Assembly (NCBI RefSeq): GCF_018350175.1 | Contig: NC_058368.1 | Coordinates: 142,106,001 to 142,170,000 of the forward strand | Direction of reading: 5' to 3' | DNA from: Felis catus | Lineage: Eukaryota | DNA length: 64,000 nucleotides | Shown: in pieces, positions 26,584-40,180 of the stretch | Layout: each line of letters opens with the position of its first letter | How positions within the stretch are numbered: the first letter of the stretch is position 1 | Program-made: the position numbers and the translations under genes | The notes under the pieces: model-generated | Databases searched by the model: none | What the model was told of the DNA's origin: nothing | Seen by the model: only the letters and a program-made list of their open reading frames with translations

Positions 26584-26650
26584 CTCTTCCACCAGTGCTA
26601 TCTCTGTCCCTCTCAAAATAAATAAACATTTTTAAAAAATAAAAATAAGA
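26451..26650 (+). mobile_element. 5'-truncated CAN-SINE fused to the L1 3'UTR
   Basis: Begins at CTGACTCTTG without the A-box head; (CT)n and AAATAAA tail present. Confidence 0.85.
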
Positions 26651-27827
26651 AAATCTCACAGAGCATTGAGCTAGTTGAGTTTTTATGTGCTGAGACAAAA
26701 AATCGGTTGGCACTGGGAAAAGTTCTGTTTCACTGTAAACCAAAAATGCCACTTTCTATAAAAGATTAGGGTGGGGGGAAGATTGGGGGAGTCTCAGAAG
26801 CGAGAAAAGAAAAAATAAACACAGAAGGTTTTAAAACTTTTACACTTAAAAACATGCCATAAACTAAGTCCAAAAAATGAGTAATTTTCTTAAAATATGA
26901 AGAACCCTTAACTAATCAGTAAGAGTTGATCCAACAGGGAAATGGATAAAAGACATTTAAAAGTATTTACTGAAAGAATAAACCAATAAATATGAGGAAA
27001 AAGACTCACTGCAGCAATCACAATTATGAAGACTCCGTGTAATAACATTTTTGCGCCTATAAGATTGGCAAATATTATGAAATTGGATGGTACCCAGTAT
27101 TGGCAAAAGTGCAAGGGAAACAGACTTTACTGTTGGTGGAGGGATAAAACTGGTGCAACCCATCTGGAAGGTAATTCAGCAGTATCTATCATAATTTAAA
27201 ATGTGGTAACCTTTGACCTACAACTCTATTTCTAGGTATTCTTACTACAAATAGATAAATTCTCATACCTATGCGAAAAATTCTGTTACAGTATTGCTTA
27301 TACTCAATAAAAAGTGAAATCAATCAAATGCTCTTCAAAATAACTAATTAAATAAAAAGGAATACTAGGAAATACTACACAGTGGTTAAAAACTCTGAAA
27401 TAGTCTCAGATGCTAATATGGAAAGGCCTCCAAGATGTATTAAAGGAAAAGCAAGATACATTAGAGAACAGTATATATATTATCATTTGGCTTAAAAAAA
27501 TTTTCTGGAAGGATACCTAAGAACTTTTTCATTGTGGTTATCTCTGGGGGTATAGGAATGAGAGCTATGTATTTTCTACGTTACTGACTACCTTGCCATT
27601 AACATGCCTTGCATTTATAACATAATTAATTCATTTTAGCTACCTGATAATGGTATTGTTTTCTAGAACCTGTAACACCATCTTATTTTAGTATCACAAA
27701 CTCTCTGTGAAGCATGTGTGGCTTTATTATTCCCATTTGATAAACAAACTGAAGCTCAAAAATGTAAGGACAACATACAAGCAGAAAATTATACACACAT
27801 AAGAAATTCTAAACTCACACAACTTTT

Positions 27828-28048
27828 TTTTTTAATTTTTTTTTTTAACGTTTTATTTATTTTTGAGACAGGGAGAGACAGAGCATGAACAGGGGAGGGT
27901 CAGAGAGAGGGAAACACAGAATCCGAAACAGGCTCCAGGCTCTGAGCTGTCAGCACAGAGCCCGACGCGGGGCTTGAACTCACGGACCGTGAGATCATGA
28001 CCTGAGCCGAAGTCGGCTGCTTAACCAACTGAGCCACCCAGGCGCCCC
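27828..28048 (-). mobile_element. Young CAN-SINE
   Basis: CpG-rich; TSD TAAACTCACACAACTTTT on both sides. Confidence 0.95.
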
Positions 28049-29060
28049 ATAAACTCACACAACTTTTAACTGTACTACCACAGAACCAGGAAATGGCAAA
28101 GCAAGCAATTAATCTTGAGTCTTGTTTTGAAATTCAACATTCTTCCCTTTTACCACCACACTGCTGTCAACTTGTTATAATTCAAGAATTATAAAGTAAT
28201 ATCCTATACATATAAAATCCATAACCTACAATACCATAGTACTTCCTCTCTGATCTACAATCTACCACAAGAAAATTGTATATTTTTTCTCTTAAAATTC
28301 ACAATTTTTATGAAAAGAAAACTGACCATGGAACCATAATAAACACTCATTCTCACTATTCTCACTAGAAGTCTAAAACATCTGTGATACACTTCCGTAT
28401 AAGTCAAAATAAATTTTATTTTCACTGACATTACTTTGACTGTATTTGGTTAACTTTATTTCATGTAGATTCATCAGCTCAAAATTAATTAGTATTACAG
28501 AATAGCGTATTCCATCCAAACAATTCATCTTTGTTGGCTCTCATGCCTCACTGCTACTGGCATGCCACCACAATAACGGGCATGGTGCCACAGTAACAGA
28601 TGGGCACAAACACAGATATGCCAAAGAGTCTGTATGTGCATCAAGTTTGGGTATTAGTATTAGATTTTCCTCCAAGAAATTCATAAACTATAGTAGAATA
28701 AATGTAAGTGTTCTACAACTGTGTTAATAAGATATGCCAACTCAAAGCTAGATTAATTTTTAAATTCTTAAACAAAAAAAAAAAAAAAAAACCCACACAC
28801 ACAATTTTCCAAGGCCACAGAAGGCAAGTTTTCCATCTGATGAGCTTGGATCAGCCTTCTGTGTAGGGAATTGAGGAAACCAATATGCAATCTCTACCTT
28901 AGATAAGCTTTGTCCCTGAAGCACTTAAAAATCTCAGTAAAAAATTCAGTTTTTAAAAGTCACATGGCAGAGTTACAAGATGTAAAAGTTGCAGAGATCT
29001 ATTATATGATAGTGTGAATACACTTAACACTACTAAACTGTACGCTTAAAAGTGGTTCAG

Positions 29061-29755
29061 GGGCACCTGGGTGGTTCAGTCAGTTGAATGTCTGACTTCA
29101 GCTCAGGTTGTGATCTCACGGTTCGTGGGTTCGAGCCCCGTGTTGGGCTCTGTGCTGACAGCTCAGAGCCTGGAGCCTGCTTCAGATTCTGTGTCTCCCT
29201 CTCTCTCTGCCCCTGCCTCTCTGCTCTGTCTCTCTCTGCCTCTCAAAAATAATAAAAGAAATGTAAAAAAAAAAAAAAAAAAGTGGTTCAGATGACAGGG
29301 CGTCTGGGTGGCTCAGTTGGTTAAGGGGCCAACTTCAGCTCAGGTCATGATCTCACAGTCTGTGGGTTTGAGCACTGTATCAGACTCTGTGCTGACAGCT
29401 GAGAGCCTGGAGCTGCTTCAGAGTCTGTCTCCCTCTCTCTCTCTGCCCCTCCCCCGCTCACGCGCTTGCTTTCTTTCTCTCTCAAAAATGAATAAACATT
29501 AAAAAAATTTTTTAAGTGGTTAAGATGTAAATTTAATGTTATATATTTTTTACAATTTTTTTTTAAAAATGTTTCCTGATGAAGGCCATGTAAGCCTTGA
29601 AACAGAAAAAAAGGGGGCACCTGAGTGGCTCAGTCAGTTAAGCATCTGACTTGCACTCAGGTCATGATCTCGCTGTCTGTGAGTTCGAGCCGTGCATCCA
29701 GCTCTATGTTGACAGCTCAGAACCTAGAGCCTGCTTCAGATTCTGTGCCTCCAGC

Positions 29756-29790
<35 letters not shown>

Positions 29791-29860
29791 GCCCCTCCCC
29801 TGCTTGTGCTCTGTTTCTCTCTCTTAAAAGTAAACATTAAAAAAAAAACAACAAAAAAAG
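29061..29860 (+). mobile_element. Three CAN-SINEs in the same orientation (about 29061, 29298, 29613)
   Basis: Three heads, CT tracts and A tails; the first two interrupt an old L1 3' end. Confidence 0.93.
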
Positions 29861-32308
29861 GTCCTACAAATTCCTATTTGACAGGAATAGAATCTAGAAG
29901 TGCAAATCACCGAAATTAACATGATTAAATTTTGCCATCTTTTGAAGAGATTGTCATCTATAACTGTCATTTTCAAAAAATTAACTTATTTCCACATGTT
30001 ACGTTAAAAATTTTTGAAATATAAAACATACTACTGACCAAATTACATTGAATATTTTTATAATTTTTTACTACATTAATGAAGTTTTAAAATACTAAGA
30101 ATGCTAAAGAAAGTAAGAAAAAATCATTTGTGGTCATTATCATCCAAAATCATTTGTTAAGAAATGTACAAGTTACCAATATATACGACACTGTGCGTGT
30201 GTGTGTGTGTGTGTATAAACAAAAACTATCTCTGACTTCCGAGTAACCACATTTTCTCTTTAAAGAACTGTTCAAGTATCTAATCACCTTGAGAAAACCA
30301 ATCTGTTATTTTCTAATTGTTGATATCATTAGATAACCAGAAACTATAAGAACTATGTGTTTTTAAATTTATTTACTTTTAATTATCCCTAGCATTTCTA
30401 CAACATGTACTATTAAATAAGAGTCATCTATTTTGATTTTATTAAGGTACATAAAGTGTATGTAAAAATTCTTATTACTGCTCCCAAAGGTTCTGAGTTC
30501 ATATATTCAGAAGTGTCCCATACTTCTGGATTTCTAGAATTAGGTAAAATTTCAACAAAAATTCATTTTCAGGATGCCAAATAAAAATATAACAAAAATT
30601 ACTCTGTTGTCACTATTATTTTATAAATGAATGTAGGAAGGGTACTTGCATTCCTTTGATTACTAGTGTAGCCATTTATATTCCTTTAGTAATCTAATTG
30701 TTCACACTATTTGGTGCTAACGTTCTTTAGGGGCTATGTTTTCCTTTTTTTCTCATTCCCAAATATTTTGGGGCCAATGTTACATTAACCTTTCCAATAA
30801 CCACAAACATAGCTCAAGAGTAGATTTTTGACAGAATTTGATTCAATCTCATGAAAAGTGCATTTAGTCATAGACAAAATAAATGTATTGCTCTCATGCC
30901 ATCAAAACATTCTCAAACACCTATCAACAGTTTAATTCAACATCACCAATGAAAATGTCCTTTCACCTCCCCAAATGTCCTCTCAAGCCTTCCTCATTTC
31001 AGTCAACAGTCCCCAAATTCTAGTTAAAACCTGAACCTCGTGATTCCTTCCTCCCCTCAACCAAACCCTGTAAGACCTATAAATTCCCCCTTTCGCAATG
31101 TGCTCACAATTTACTTCCCCTCCAAACCCACTTATACCAACAAATTCCAAACTATTATCAAATTACTCTTAGACATTTCTAACCATCTCCATTTTGGTCC
31201 CTCTGTCTCCAGTTTCTTTTCTCCAATCTATTCTCCACACAATTCCAGATTAATCTTCCCAAAACACCACTGCAGTAATCACTTGTAATCATCAACTCCT
31301 ATTCTTAGAAAGGAAGTGAAATTCCAATTTTCTTCATACTCTAGCAACTACTTCTCAAATCTCATTTTCCACTGCTCCTTTCCAGGAACTCGGCTCTTTA
31401 TCCATACTGGTTCACTCACTGTTGCCAGAAAAAAAAGGCACAATATTTTACCTTTGTTCTTGGCATATATCCTCCTAAGAATACTCTTCATCCTCTTCAT
31501 CTTTAAACTCAGGGCTGTGAATTAGAGCCCGACATTGGGTGTGGAAATTAAGTTAAAAATAAAATATTAAAAAAAAAAAAAAAAAAGAACACTCTTCATC
31601 GTCCCTTCCTTGTGTATATGCCCAAATCAAAGCGCTCTCCAGCAGCTCCAGCCTTCACTGACCATTGTCCCCTTTAATATCCTGTAGTACCCCTTATTCC
31701 ATTTGACACTAGCAAGTACTAACTTTTTTTCTTAGTGTTAGCATTCTGAAACCTCAACTAGAAATTTTCTAAGGCCCTCTTAGCTCTGGTTTTATGAAAT
31801 ATGTGAATGTAGTATTTTCATCAATAAAATTTAACACATTAAAGCATCAGTTTAAATGAGAACACTGTTATGCAAATAAGTTATTTGCCACATGTTGTAA
31901 TGATCCTGTTTTGAATTTGTTTCAATATCGCTATTTGAAACATGTCAATACATAAGGGGAAGGAAAGGAGTATAAACGAGTCAATACATTTTTAAAGCAG
32001 ATTTTATGATTTAGTAGACATTGCATCTTAATGTGAGTCACTAATAAAACTGTGTCCTTGGCCGGGGGGGGGGGGGGGGGGGAATAAAAAATGTTTTGCA
32101 AACTGATACCTGGATACATGACCAACAGAAAACTGTTTTCAAAGAACAAAGGTACAAGTCCCAAAGTTCCAAAACCAAGGAAGTATGAGGGAATAGCACC
32201 CATGAACTCAGATAACATGGGAACTATTTCTCTATTTTGAAAACAAAGATACCCTATAGACAATTACACATATTGGACCATAAGAGAACTTAGAAAAACG
32301 GAGAAATA

Positions 32309-32540
32309 GGGGCACCTGGATGGTTCAGTCAGTTAGGCATCCAACTTGAGCTCAGGTCATGATCTCACAGTTTATGAGTTTGAGCTCCCCATCAGGCTCT
32401 GCGCTGGGAGTTCAGAGCCTGCTTGGGATTCTCTTTCCTCTCTCTCTTTCTCTCTCTCTCTGCCCCTCCCCCACTTGCGCACACACACTCTCTCTCTCTC
32501 TTGCTCTCTCTCTCTCAAAATAAATAAACTTTAAAAAAAA
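32309..32540 (+). mobile_element. CAN-SINE
   Basis: Head GGGGCACCTGGATGGTTCAG, CT tract, A tail. Confidence 0.9.
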
Positions 32541-33259
32541 TGAAGCAATAGTACAAGTATGTAGGCATGGAGTCCTGTAAAAATTGAAGATGGGATCCAA
32601 AACAAGTGAAAGTACGACTATATGGATAAGAAAGTAAGAGGATACGAAATTAGATGGGGTGAAAAGGCCATCCATACCCATGGAACACAAGAGTCTTATA
32701 TGCATTTAGTGCCAATAATCAAGCCAAAAGAGGCCTGGGTTAAGGAGGACCTGGAGATCTCTGCAGCGTGGGGTGTAAGGAAGGAAAAAATGAGGCTCAA
32801 AGTCTAGAGACAATGGGTGGTTTTGAACAGAAAGAATTTAGACTTGATTGTCACCAAGGTTTAGCAGGCAGGACAGAAGACGGGACTAGTATGTTACTAC
32901 AAAGACTGGGAGACTTATGAAATCTTGAGGTATATGGGGTGGATGCCAGAAAGCCATAGAAAATAAAAGTAATATAAAAATATAAGGTGTTACTACTGTT
33001 ATTATTACTATTATAATGCTGGTTTGTGTCTCCTAACTCAAGAACAGAGGCTAAACAGTGAAGCCATTCAATAAATGTTTGGCAATTATGGTGATGGTGG
33101 TATGGAGTAGAAGCATGAATGACAAAAGTAACTGTTAACTCTCCCACAATTACCTAGGTGTATTTACTTATGTATTGCCCTGGTCCCCAACTTGAATTTA
33201 AGGAGGATAGTCAATTATTCATAATATGGAGCAACACTTTAAAATTTTATATGGGGATA

Positions 33260-33895
33260 GGAATGCAAGCTGGTGCAGCCACTCTGGAAAACAGTATGGA
33301 GGTTCCTCAAAAAACTAAAAATAGAACTACCCTACGACCCAGCAATTGCACTACTACGCATTTATCCAAGGCATTCCGGTGTGCGGTTTCGAAGGGACAC
33401 ATGCACCCCCATGTTTATAGCAGCACTATCAACAATAGCCAAAGTATGGAAGGAGCCCAAATGTCCATCGATGGATGAATGGATAAAGAAGATGTGGTAT
33501 ATATATACAATGGAGTATTACTCGGCAATCAAAAAGAATGAAATCTTGCCATTTGTAACTACGTGGATGGAACTGGAGGGTATCATGCTAGTGAAATTCG
33601 TCAGTGACAGAAAGACAAAAATCACATGACTTCACTCATATGAGGACTTTGAGACAAAACAGATGAACATAAGGGAAGGGAAACAAAAATAATATAAAAA
33701 CAGGGAGGGGGACCAAACAAAAGAGACTCGTAAATATGGAGAACAAACTGAGGGCTACGGGAGGGGTTGTGGGGGGGGGGATGGGCTAAATGGGTAAGAG
33801 GCACTAAGGAATCTACTCCTGAAATCATTGTTGTACTATATGCTAACTAATTTGGATGTAAATTTAAAAAATAAAATAAAATAAAACAAGTTAAA
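33260..33895 (+). mobile_element. 5'-truncated felid L1 3' end, same subfamily as 9143-10008
   Basis: ORF 33273-33629 is the L1 ORF2 C-terminus; degenerate TSD AAAATTTTATATGGGGA (33241-33257) / AAAATTGTCTATGGGGA (33896-33912). Confidence 0.92.
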
Positions 33896-35849
33896 AAAAT
33901 TGTCTATGGGGAAAGGAAAAATAAAGAAATTAAAATAAAAGAGTAAGGCTCAAGTCAAAATGCATGGCACAAAGCTCCATATACCTGCTAGTTACACATC
34001 ACAAATTATGTTCTAAGTTTTCTAGCAGTCATTGTATAAAGGAAACAATGATATGCATTGATGATAAAAGATAAATTCTTTCTGATACTAAACTCAATAC
34101 ATCCATAGGAAAAAAATCTTCAACCACTGAGTTTACCTACTCCTTTTATCCTTGCTGTTAACATTTGCCAATCCTCTACACAATTAAGACATTTTAGCCA
34201 CTAGGGATTATTCATAGTGATTTTAACAACCACTTGGAAGCCCATCCAGTGTCCTTTTTTTAGGAATTTCTAAATTCCTTAGCCTAATCTTCTTTACTGA
34301 TCTCAGCTCCAGACAACTTTCAGCCATTAACTGACACAGTCAAACCGTAAATCACACCCAAACCTTGTGAATACCTGAAAGTACTCAATCTCTGAAATAG
34401 TGAATTAATAAAGCTCTCTGATGATTATCCTATCCTTCTAGGACTCTCAGGTATTCGCACAACACCTATACCTTTAACTCCTTAGACACTCTGGTTCCCT
34501 GACCTTCTGTTTTTGTCTTCCTATCAGCCCCCTACTACCCTTTGCTTCTTTCCCACTCCAATTTAGATACCATCTTTAATTACTCCCACATCTTTTTTTT
34601 ACCGATATCCTAAATTTCCTTGCCGAACTGTCATTCATAGCACCCACCAAGCAAAACTCGATCCCACTATATGAATTGACCATTTTCTTCACATTTATGC
34701 AAGGACTGTTGACAGCTGCCGGAGAATAAGATCAGAGTGTTGACAATATAAATGAATGGTATCTAACCTCCACTAGGCAAGCCCTCAATATCATCCAGCA
34801 AGCCTTCCCGGTTTTCTGTCAGGACAACAGGCCTTAACCTATTGTCTACAGCAGCTACTTCAGACTTCTCGAACTTTTACCCCTACCACTTCCTCTCCCA
34901 CTCTCATCAGATGATCCAACCATTTTTCCCCTCTCATTAACAAAACGCTATACACTTACCCAGACTGCAAATCCAACCTTTCTTCCTTTTCTCTGTTGTA
35001 TAGTTCTCTCTCTCTTGTTTCCGAACACCATTCTCTACTGCCGCCTTCCAGTCAGCATTTAAACATTCTCAACTCTTCCAACCCTCAAAATAAAAGCTCC
35101 TTAGATTCCACGTGTCCCTGCGATTCCATCCTCTCTCCTCCCCTGAAAGCCAAAGATCTTCAGGGAAGTGTATTCCTTTCCTCACTTCTCACCCTTTTGT
35201 CAATCCACTGCAACCTGATGTCCCCTAACACTGTTGTCAGTACCACCACCAAGGTCACCAACAAGTGCCTTATCACTAAATCCAAGAAATATTTTCTCTG
35301 ATTTCGTTTTACTGGACTAATCACCACAGCAGCTCACACTGCCGACCACTTACATCCTTCCTGAACACTCTCTTTCTTTGATTTCTGTTATAGCAAAACA
35401 TACATAAGTTCCTTTTCTATCAGGAAAAATGAGAAATGAGCTCCTTCTGTAAGAATAGACGTTTTAAAAGTAATAGAATATCTATCCACAAGACTGGAGG
35501 TTAAATAAAAAGTTTAAAACAAATACGTTTTTACTCCCTTATACCAATCTATAGTCATTATTCCCAAATCCTTGATATCCACACAGAATTCACCTAGTGC
35601 TTATTAACTTCACTTGCTTTTATGTGGCACAAATTAAAGATATTTTATGTAATTTAGTAGTTTTAAATGCTTGTGGATTAGAATTCAAAAAACAATAGTG
35701 TGAAGTTTAATAATTTGAAATTTAAAATATAAAGCAGTGGTTAATATGAAAACTAATAATGATTCTAAAATTTTAAGTTGAAAAAGTACACTGTATCAAA
35801 AACAAAACTTTAAGAAGTTCGGATGACCTTAGTGGTGTTAAAAGAGTAA

Positions 35850-36095
35850 TGGTAATTACATGCTTGTTATGTGTCAGACGCTGCTGACTGTTTACATGTG
35901 TTAAATCTTTTAATCCTCACAATAATTTAGAGAGTGTAGGTATGATTATTCTCATCTCCATCTTACAGATAAGGAAACCGAGGGCACAGAATGGTAAACT
36001 AACCTGCCCAAATACCACTTATTAGCACTATGACAAGTTTTCATACCAAGAGAGAAACTGCAGGGTAGATGCCCTTAAGCATTATGCCATACTGC
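35850..36095 (-). mobile_element. MIR
   Basis: TTTAATCCTCACAA..CCATCTTACAGATAAGGAAACCGAGG..AACCTGCCCAA core. Confidence 0.8.
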
Positions 36096-36828
36096 CTCAA
36101 CAAACCATAATGGACAATTTATCTGCCATATTCCTCCTACAGAGGTGGCTTTCACTCTTTTCCCATACCTTAAACACAATGCAAAAGCTCTGTATAATCA
36201 ACTTTGAGGGTTTCCCCAAACTTCATTCTCTCTTTTTGGTCTTCTAGAGGGGCTTCAATTGCCCCATTTCTTTCAATGTTGATTTTACTAAGATTCCTCC
36301 TTGGCCTTCCCTTCACATACCACACACCTTCCCTTCAATGGCTTCCAAAATCATCTACTGATTGTTGATTCCCAAATCTATTCTAGCCTAGGTATCTCTA
36401 CTGAACGCCACATCCATGTATCTAACTGCTTAATGGATGCCTAACTATTACCTTAAACTCAACAGGTCCAAACTGGAACTCAACACTTTCCCTCCTCAAT
36501 CCAAGACTGCTCTATCTTCTGTGTTTTTAATACCATTTACATCGCTGACCAATCCAAACACCCAGTGGAGGCAGAGTGACCTTCCTAAAATGCAAATATC
36601 ACTCTGTTGCTCCTCTACTTAAAAATCCTTTGGAGCCCCTTACTGTGCAAACCACCAGGACAAAGTCCAAATTCCTGAGCATGGTATGTGAGACCCTTCA
36701 TAATATGGACGCTGATCACCTATCAATCATCTTTTACCAGTTTCACCTCATTTCCACTCCGACTGTGCTCCAGTCACATAGAACTCTTTCCGGTACCCTA
36801 CATAAGCCCTAAATCCTTGCCTCTAAAC

Positions 36829-36993
36829 CAGCAGCGTCCAACAGAATATCCTATGATAATGGAAATGTTCTTTATCTGCACTATTGAATACAGTAACTGC
36901 TAGTGATGTGGCTAATGTGACTCAGAAACTGCATTTTTAAATTTTAATTAGATATTTACATTTGGCTAGTGGCTACCGTATTCAACAGCACAG
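36829..36993 (+). mobile_element. MER3-like hAT-Charlie MITE
   Basis: GTCCAACAGAA..GATAATGGAAATGTTCT..TGTGGCTA..GGCTAGTGGCTACCGTATT..ACAGCACAG. Confidence 0.8.
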
Positions 36994-39875
36994 CTGTAAA
37001 CACATGTATATACTATTCCCTCAACCTAGTATACACAGGTGTGTGTGGAAAGCCCTGCTCATTGCCACCATCTAACATCATCAGTATTGATTCTTTTGTT
37101 AGATAATTCCCTTTACTTCTGTGATTAATAATTAATAAGGTCCCACTCTACACAAGACACTATTTAAAACCTGAAGTGAAACTAGCTATATAATTTCACT
37201 TGTAAACTGCAGCTGTTCATTTTTCTAAGTTACTGCTTCTTTCAAGATAGTGGCTTAATTACAATTTGTCTTAAAAGGACTAGCCTTTAAGAAACGAACA
37301 GACTCCATGTATTAGTAAATGAAAAAAAAATCATAATGCTATATTACACTACAAAAGCATACACCTTTGCTTTTAAAATATAGAGCATGCATATATGCAA
37401 AAGAAAAAGGACAAGGAAGATCTGTAATATGTTAATTGATTCTCTTTGGGTATTGAAATTAGGGTTGTTGTTTTTTAGCTAACTTGCAATTGCCAAATTT
37501 TCTATAAGGAAAAGAGCTAACAGCCCAGTGATTCTCTCCTCTTTGTTACATCATCAATTTTTCCTCCTGTACATCAGACGGTCCCATCAGAAAACAAGAT
37601 AAAATAGTTTTTCCCATTAAAAAAAAAAATCCTTTGTCTTAACATCCCCTTCCAGGTACCATTCCATTTTTCTGCTCCCCTTATACTTTAATACATACTA
37701 ACAGCGATTCTTCTCCTTTCTCTCTTAAACCCACTCCAGTCAGGTTTTCAGTCCTACCTCTGCATCTGAACTGCTTGTCAACATCACCAAAATCTTCCAC
37801 ACGTACAAACTCACTTGTCAGTAATCATGTTACTTGACCCTATTGGTACTGTTTGACACAACTGCTCCAGGAATGCCCCGGGGCTTAGTACTCTGACCTT
37901 TTCTCTTTCTCCTCAGTGCCTCGTCCAATCCATGGTATTTACTACCATCTAGAACCTGATGACTCAATATATATCACTACTCTGAATCCTCCCTTAAGCT
38001 CCAGATTCATTCATCCAACTGCCTATTTAATATCTCCACCTGGATGTCTAATAAGCATCTCAAACTTTACATGCTCAAGCTCTTGATTCCCCTCCCCTTT
38101 AAAAACTTCCTCTTCACACATCTTGATTTTAGTGGACAGCCAATTCCAAACTTACAGCTATTTAGGAAAAAAACAAAACAAAACAAAACAAAAACCTTGT
38201 ATCCATCCTTGATACCTTTTTCTGTCATACACCCAAATCATCAGCAAAATCTCACTGGCTCTACCTTCCAATTTAACCCTCTCTATTACCACCAATCTGA
38301 TTTAGTCATCATCTTCGCTTGCCTGGATTACTGCATTAGTCTCCCTGCCAGTCTCCCTGCCTTAAATCTGGAGTCTATTCCTAGTTCAGGAGGCAAAGCG
38401 ACACATTTAAAAGGTGAGCTGGATCACCTCACTTCTCTGTTCAAAACCCTGCAATAGCTTCCCTTCTCAGTCAGTAAAATCAAAGTTCTTACAATGATTT
38501 ACATGGCCCTATGCAATCTGGTTCCTTACGTCTGTGACCTCCTCACCTACCGACTTGCCCCCTCCTCTTCACTCACTCTGCTCTAACCATACTGGCCTGT
38601 CTGTTGATCCTCACACAGGTCCAAAATTCTCCTACTTCAGGGCCTCGGCAGTTACAATTTCTTCTGACGCAACACTCTCCCCAAGTGTCACTACTCACTT
38701 GCTTCAGGTCTGGGCTCCATTAACAAATTCTCAAGGACATTTTCCTGACCTTGCTATTTCAAACTCCAACCCAATCTCCACCCTAACCGTCTGTCCTCTT
38801 TCCCTGCTTTATTTTTCGCCACAGCATTCCTTATCACCAAATGACCAACCGTACATTGACCTCTTTGGTTGTCTTCCATGAAAGCAGGCATTCTGCCCAT
38901 TACTTAATCCCCAGCATCAAAAACAGTGCTTAGCATACTGAAGCCATTAATATGTTAATTCAATAAATTACTTCTGTAATTTTTTTAAGTTAGTGAATAA
39001 ACACTGGACATGAACAAGCAGGTTCCAAGTACCCCACAGACTATAATCTTCTTGATGCATGAAATATAGATGGCACACAACAGGCACTTAATAGTTACTG
39101 ATGAACTTCTAAATGCCCACACTGCTCAAAACCTTCCGATTACTGCTCCTATGATTCAAAGTTAAATCCAAAGCCCCTACACAATCTGGCGCCCTACCTC
39201 TTTGCCCTCATAGTACTAATTTCCCCCTCATCCTTCATGACCAAACTCTTAATTGAGGCTTTAACAAATTTTGAGAAAATCCATTCCTAGAGTAAAGCTA
39301 GGTAAAGTGTAGCTCAGCCTACTTCCAAAACCCATGATTTTGGAATTGGCATTATTCATGAGTCTCTCCCTTGTCCAGCTGCCATGCCACCGCACTCAGC
39401 TGAAAGATTAAGGCACTGGCCTTCTAATTAGGTCAGTTCCTATCGGCAACACAATCATCCCATCAATAGCAGACATTGACTATAAATTGTTCATTTCTGT
39501 ATACCTATGAACTTTTTCCAGCTGATATGCTAAATAAGTCTTCCCTAAATACACAAACCAATGAACGTTACTCATAATCATATGAAATAAAGGAAAATCA
39601 TTTCCTTCTTGATTATTCTACTTTGGGTGCTTCACTTTAAATTCTGAATTTGGACTACGGGCAATTTGTTTTTGTCAGTAGTTCATTTATATATACAAAT
39701 GCAATACTGTCAAATTATTTCACTATAATACATTTGTCATTCCATGATCATTTGTAACTTTTCATGCAGTAAAAAAAAGAACATTTCAACCAACCATCTG
39801 TCTTCTTTTTCTGTTTTGTTTTAATCATTCATTCTAGTAGTGTTGCTCTAAATTCTAAATACTTTTTAGAAATAA

Positions 39876-40145
39876 GGGACGCCTCGCTGGTTCAGTTGGT
39901 AAAATGTGCGACTCTTGTTCTTGGGGTCATGAGTTAGAGCCCCACACTGGGAGAAGAATTTAAGACAAAACAAACAAGGGGCACCTGGGTAGCTCAGTCA
40001 GCTAAGCATCCTACTCTAGATTTTGGCACAGGTCATGATTTCACAGTTCACAAATTCGAGCCCCACATCAGGCTCTACACTATGTGTGTAGAGCCTGCTT
40101 AGGATTCTCTTTCTCCCTCTGTCTTTGCTCCTCCTATGCTCTCTC

Positions 40146-40180
<35 letters not shown>

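Larger units (their letters stand above)
34250..38970 (+). mobile_element. Series of degraded L2 fragments with intervening MIR and MER3
   Basis: C/T-rich L2 motifs: CAAGGTCACCAA, TCCAACTGCCTA..ATCTCCACCTGGATGTCTAATAAGCATCTCAAACTT, CCTGGATTACTGCA. Internal boundaries not resolved. Confidence 0.7.

Noticed and set aside
28555..28600. Imperfect hairpin TACTGGCATGCC..GGCATGGTGCCACAGTA as a possible ncRNA
   Set aside because: The stem is short and bulged, with no box motifs or pre-miRNA-length stem.
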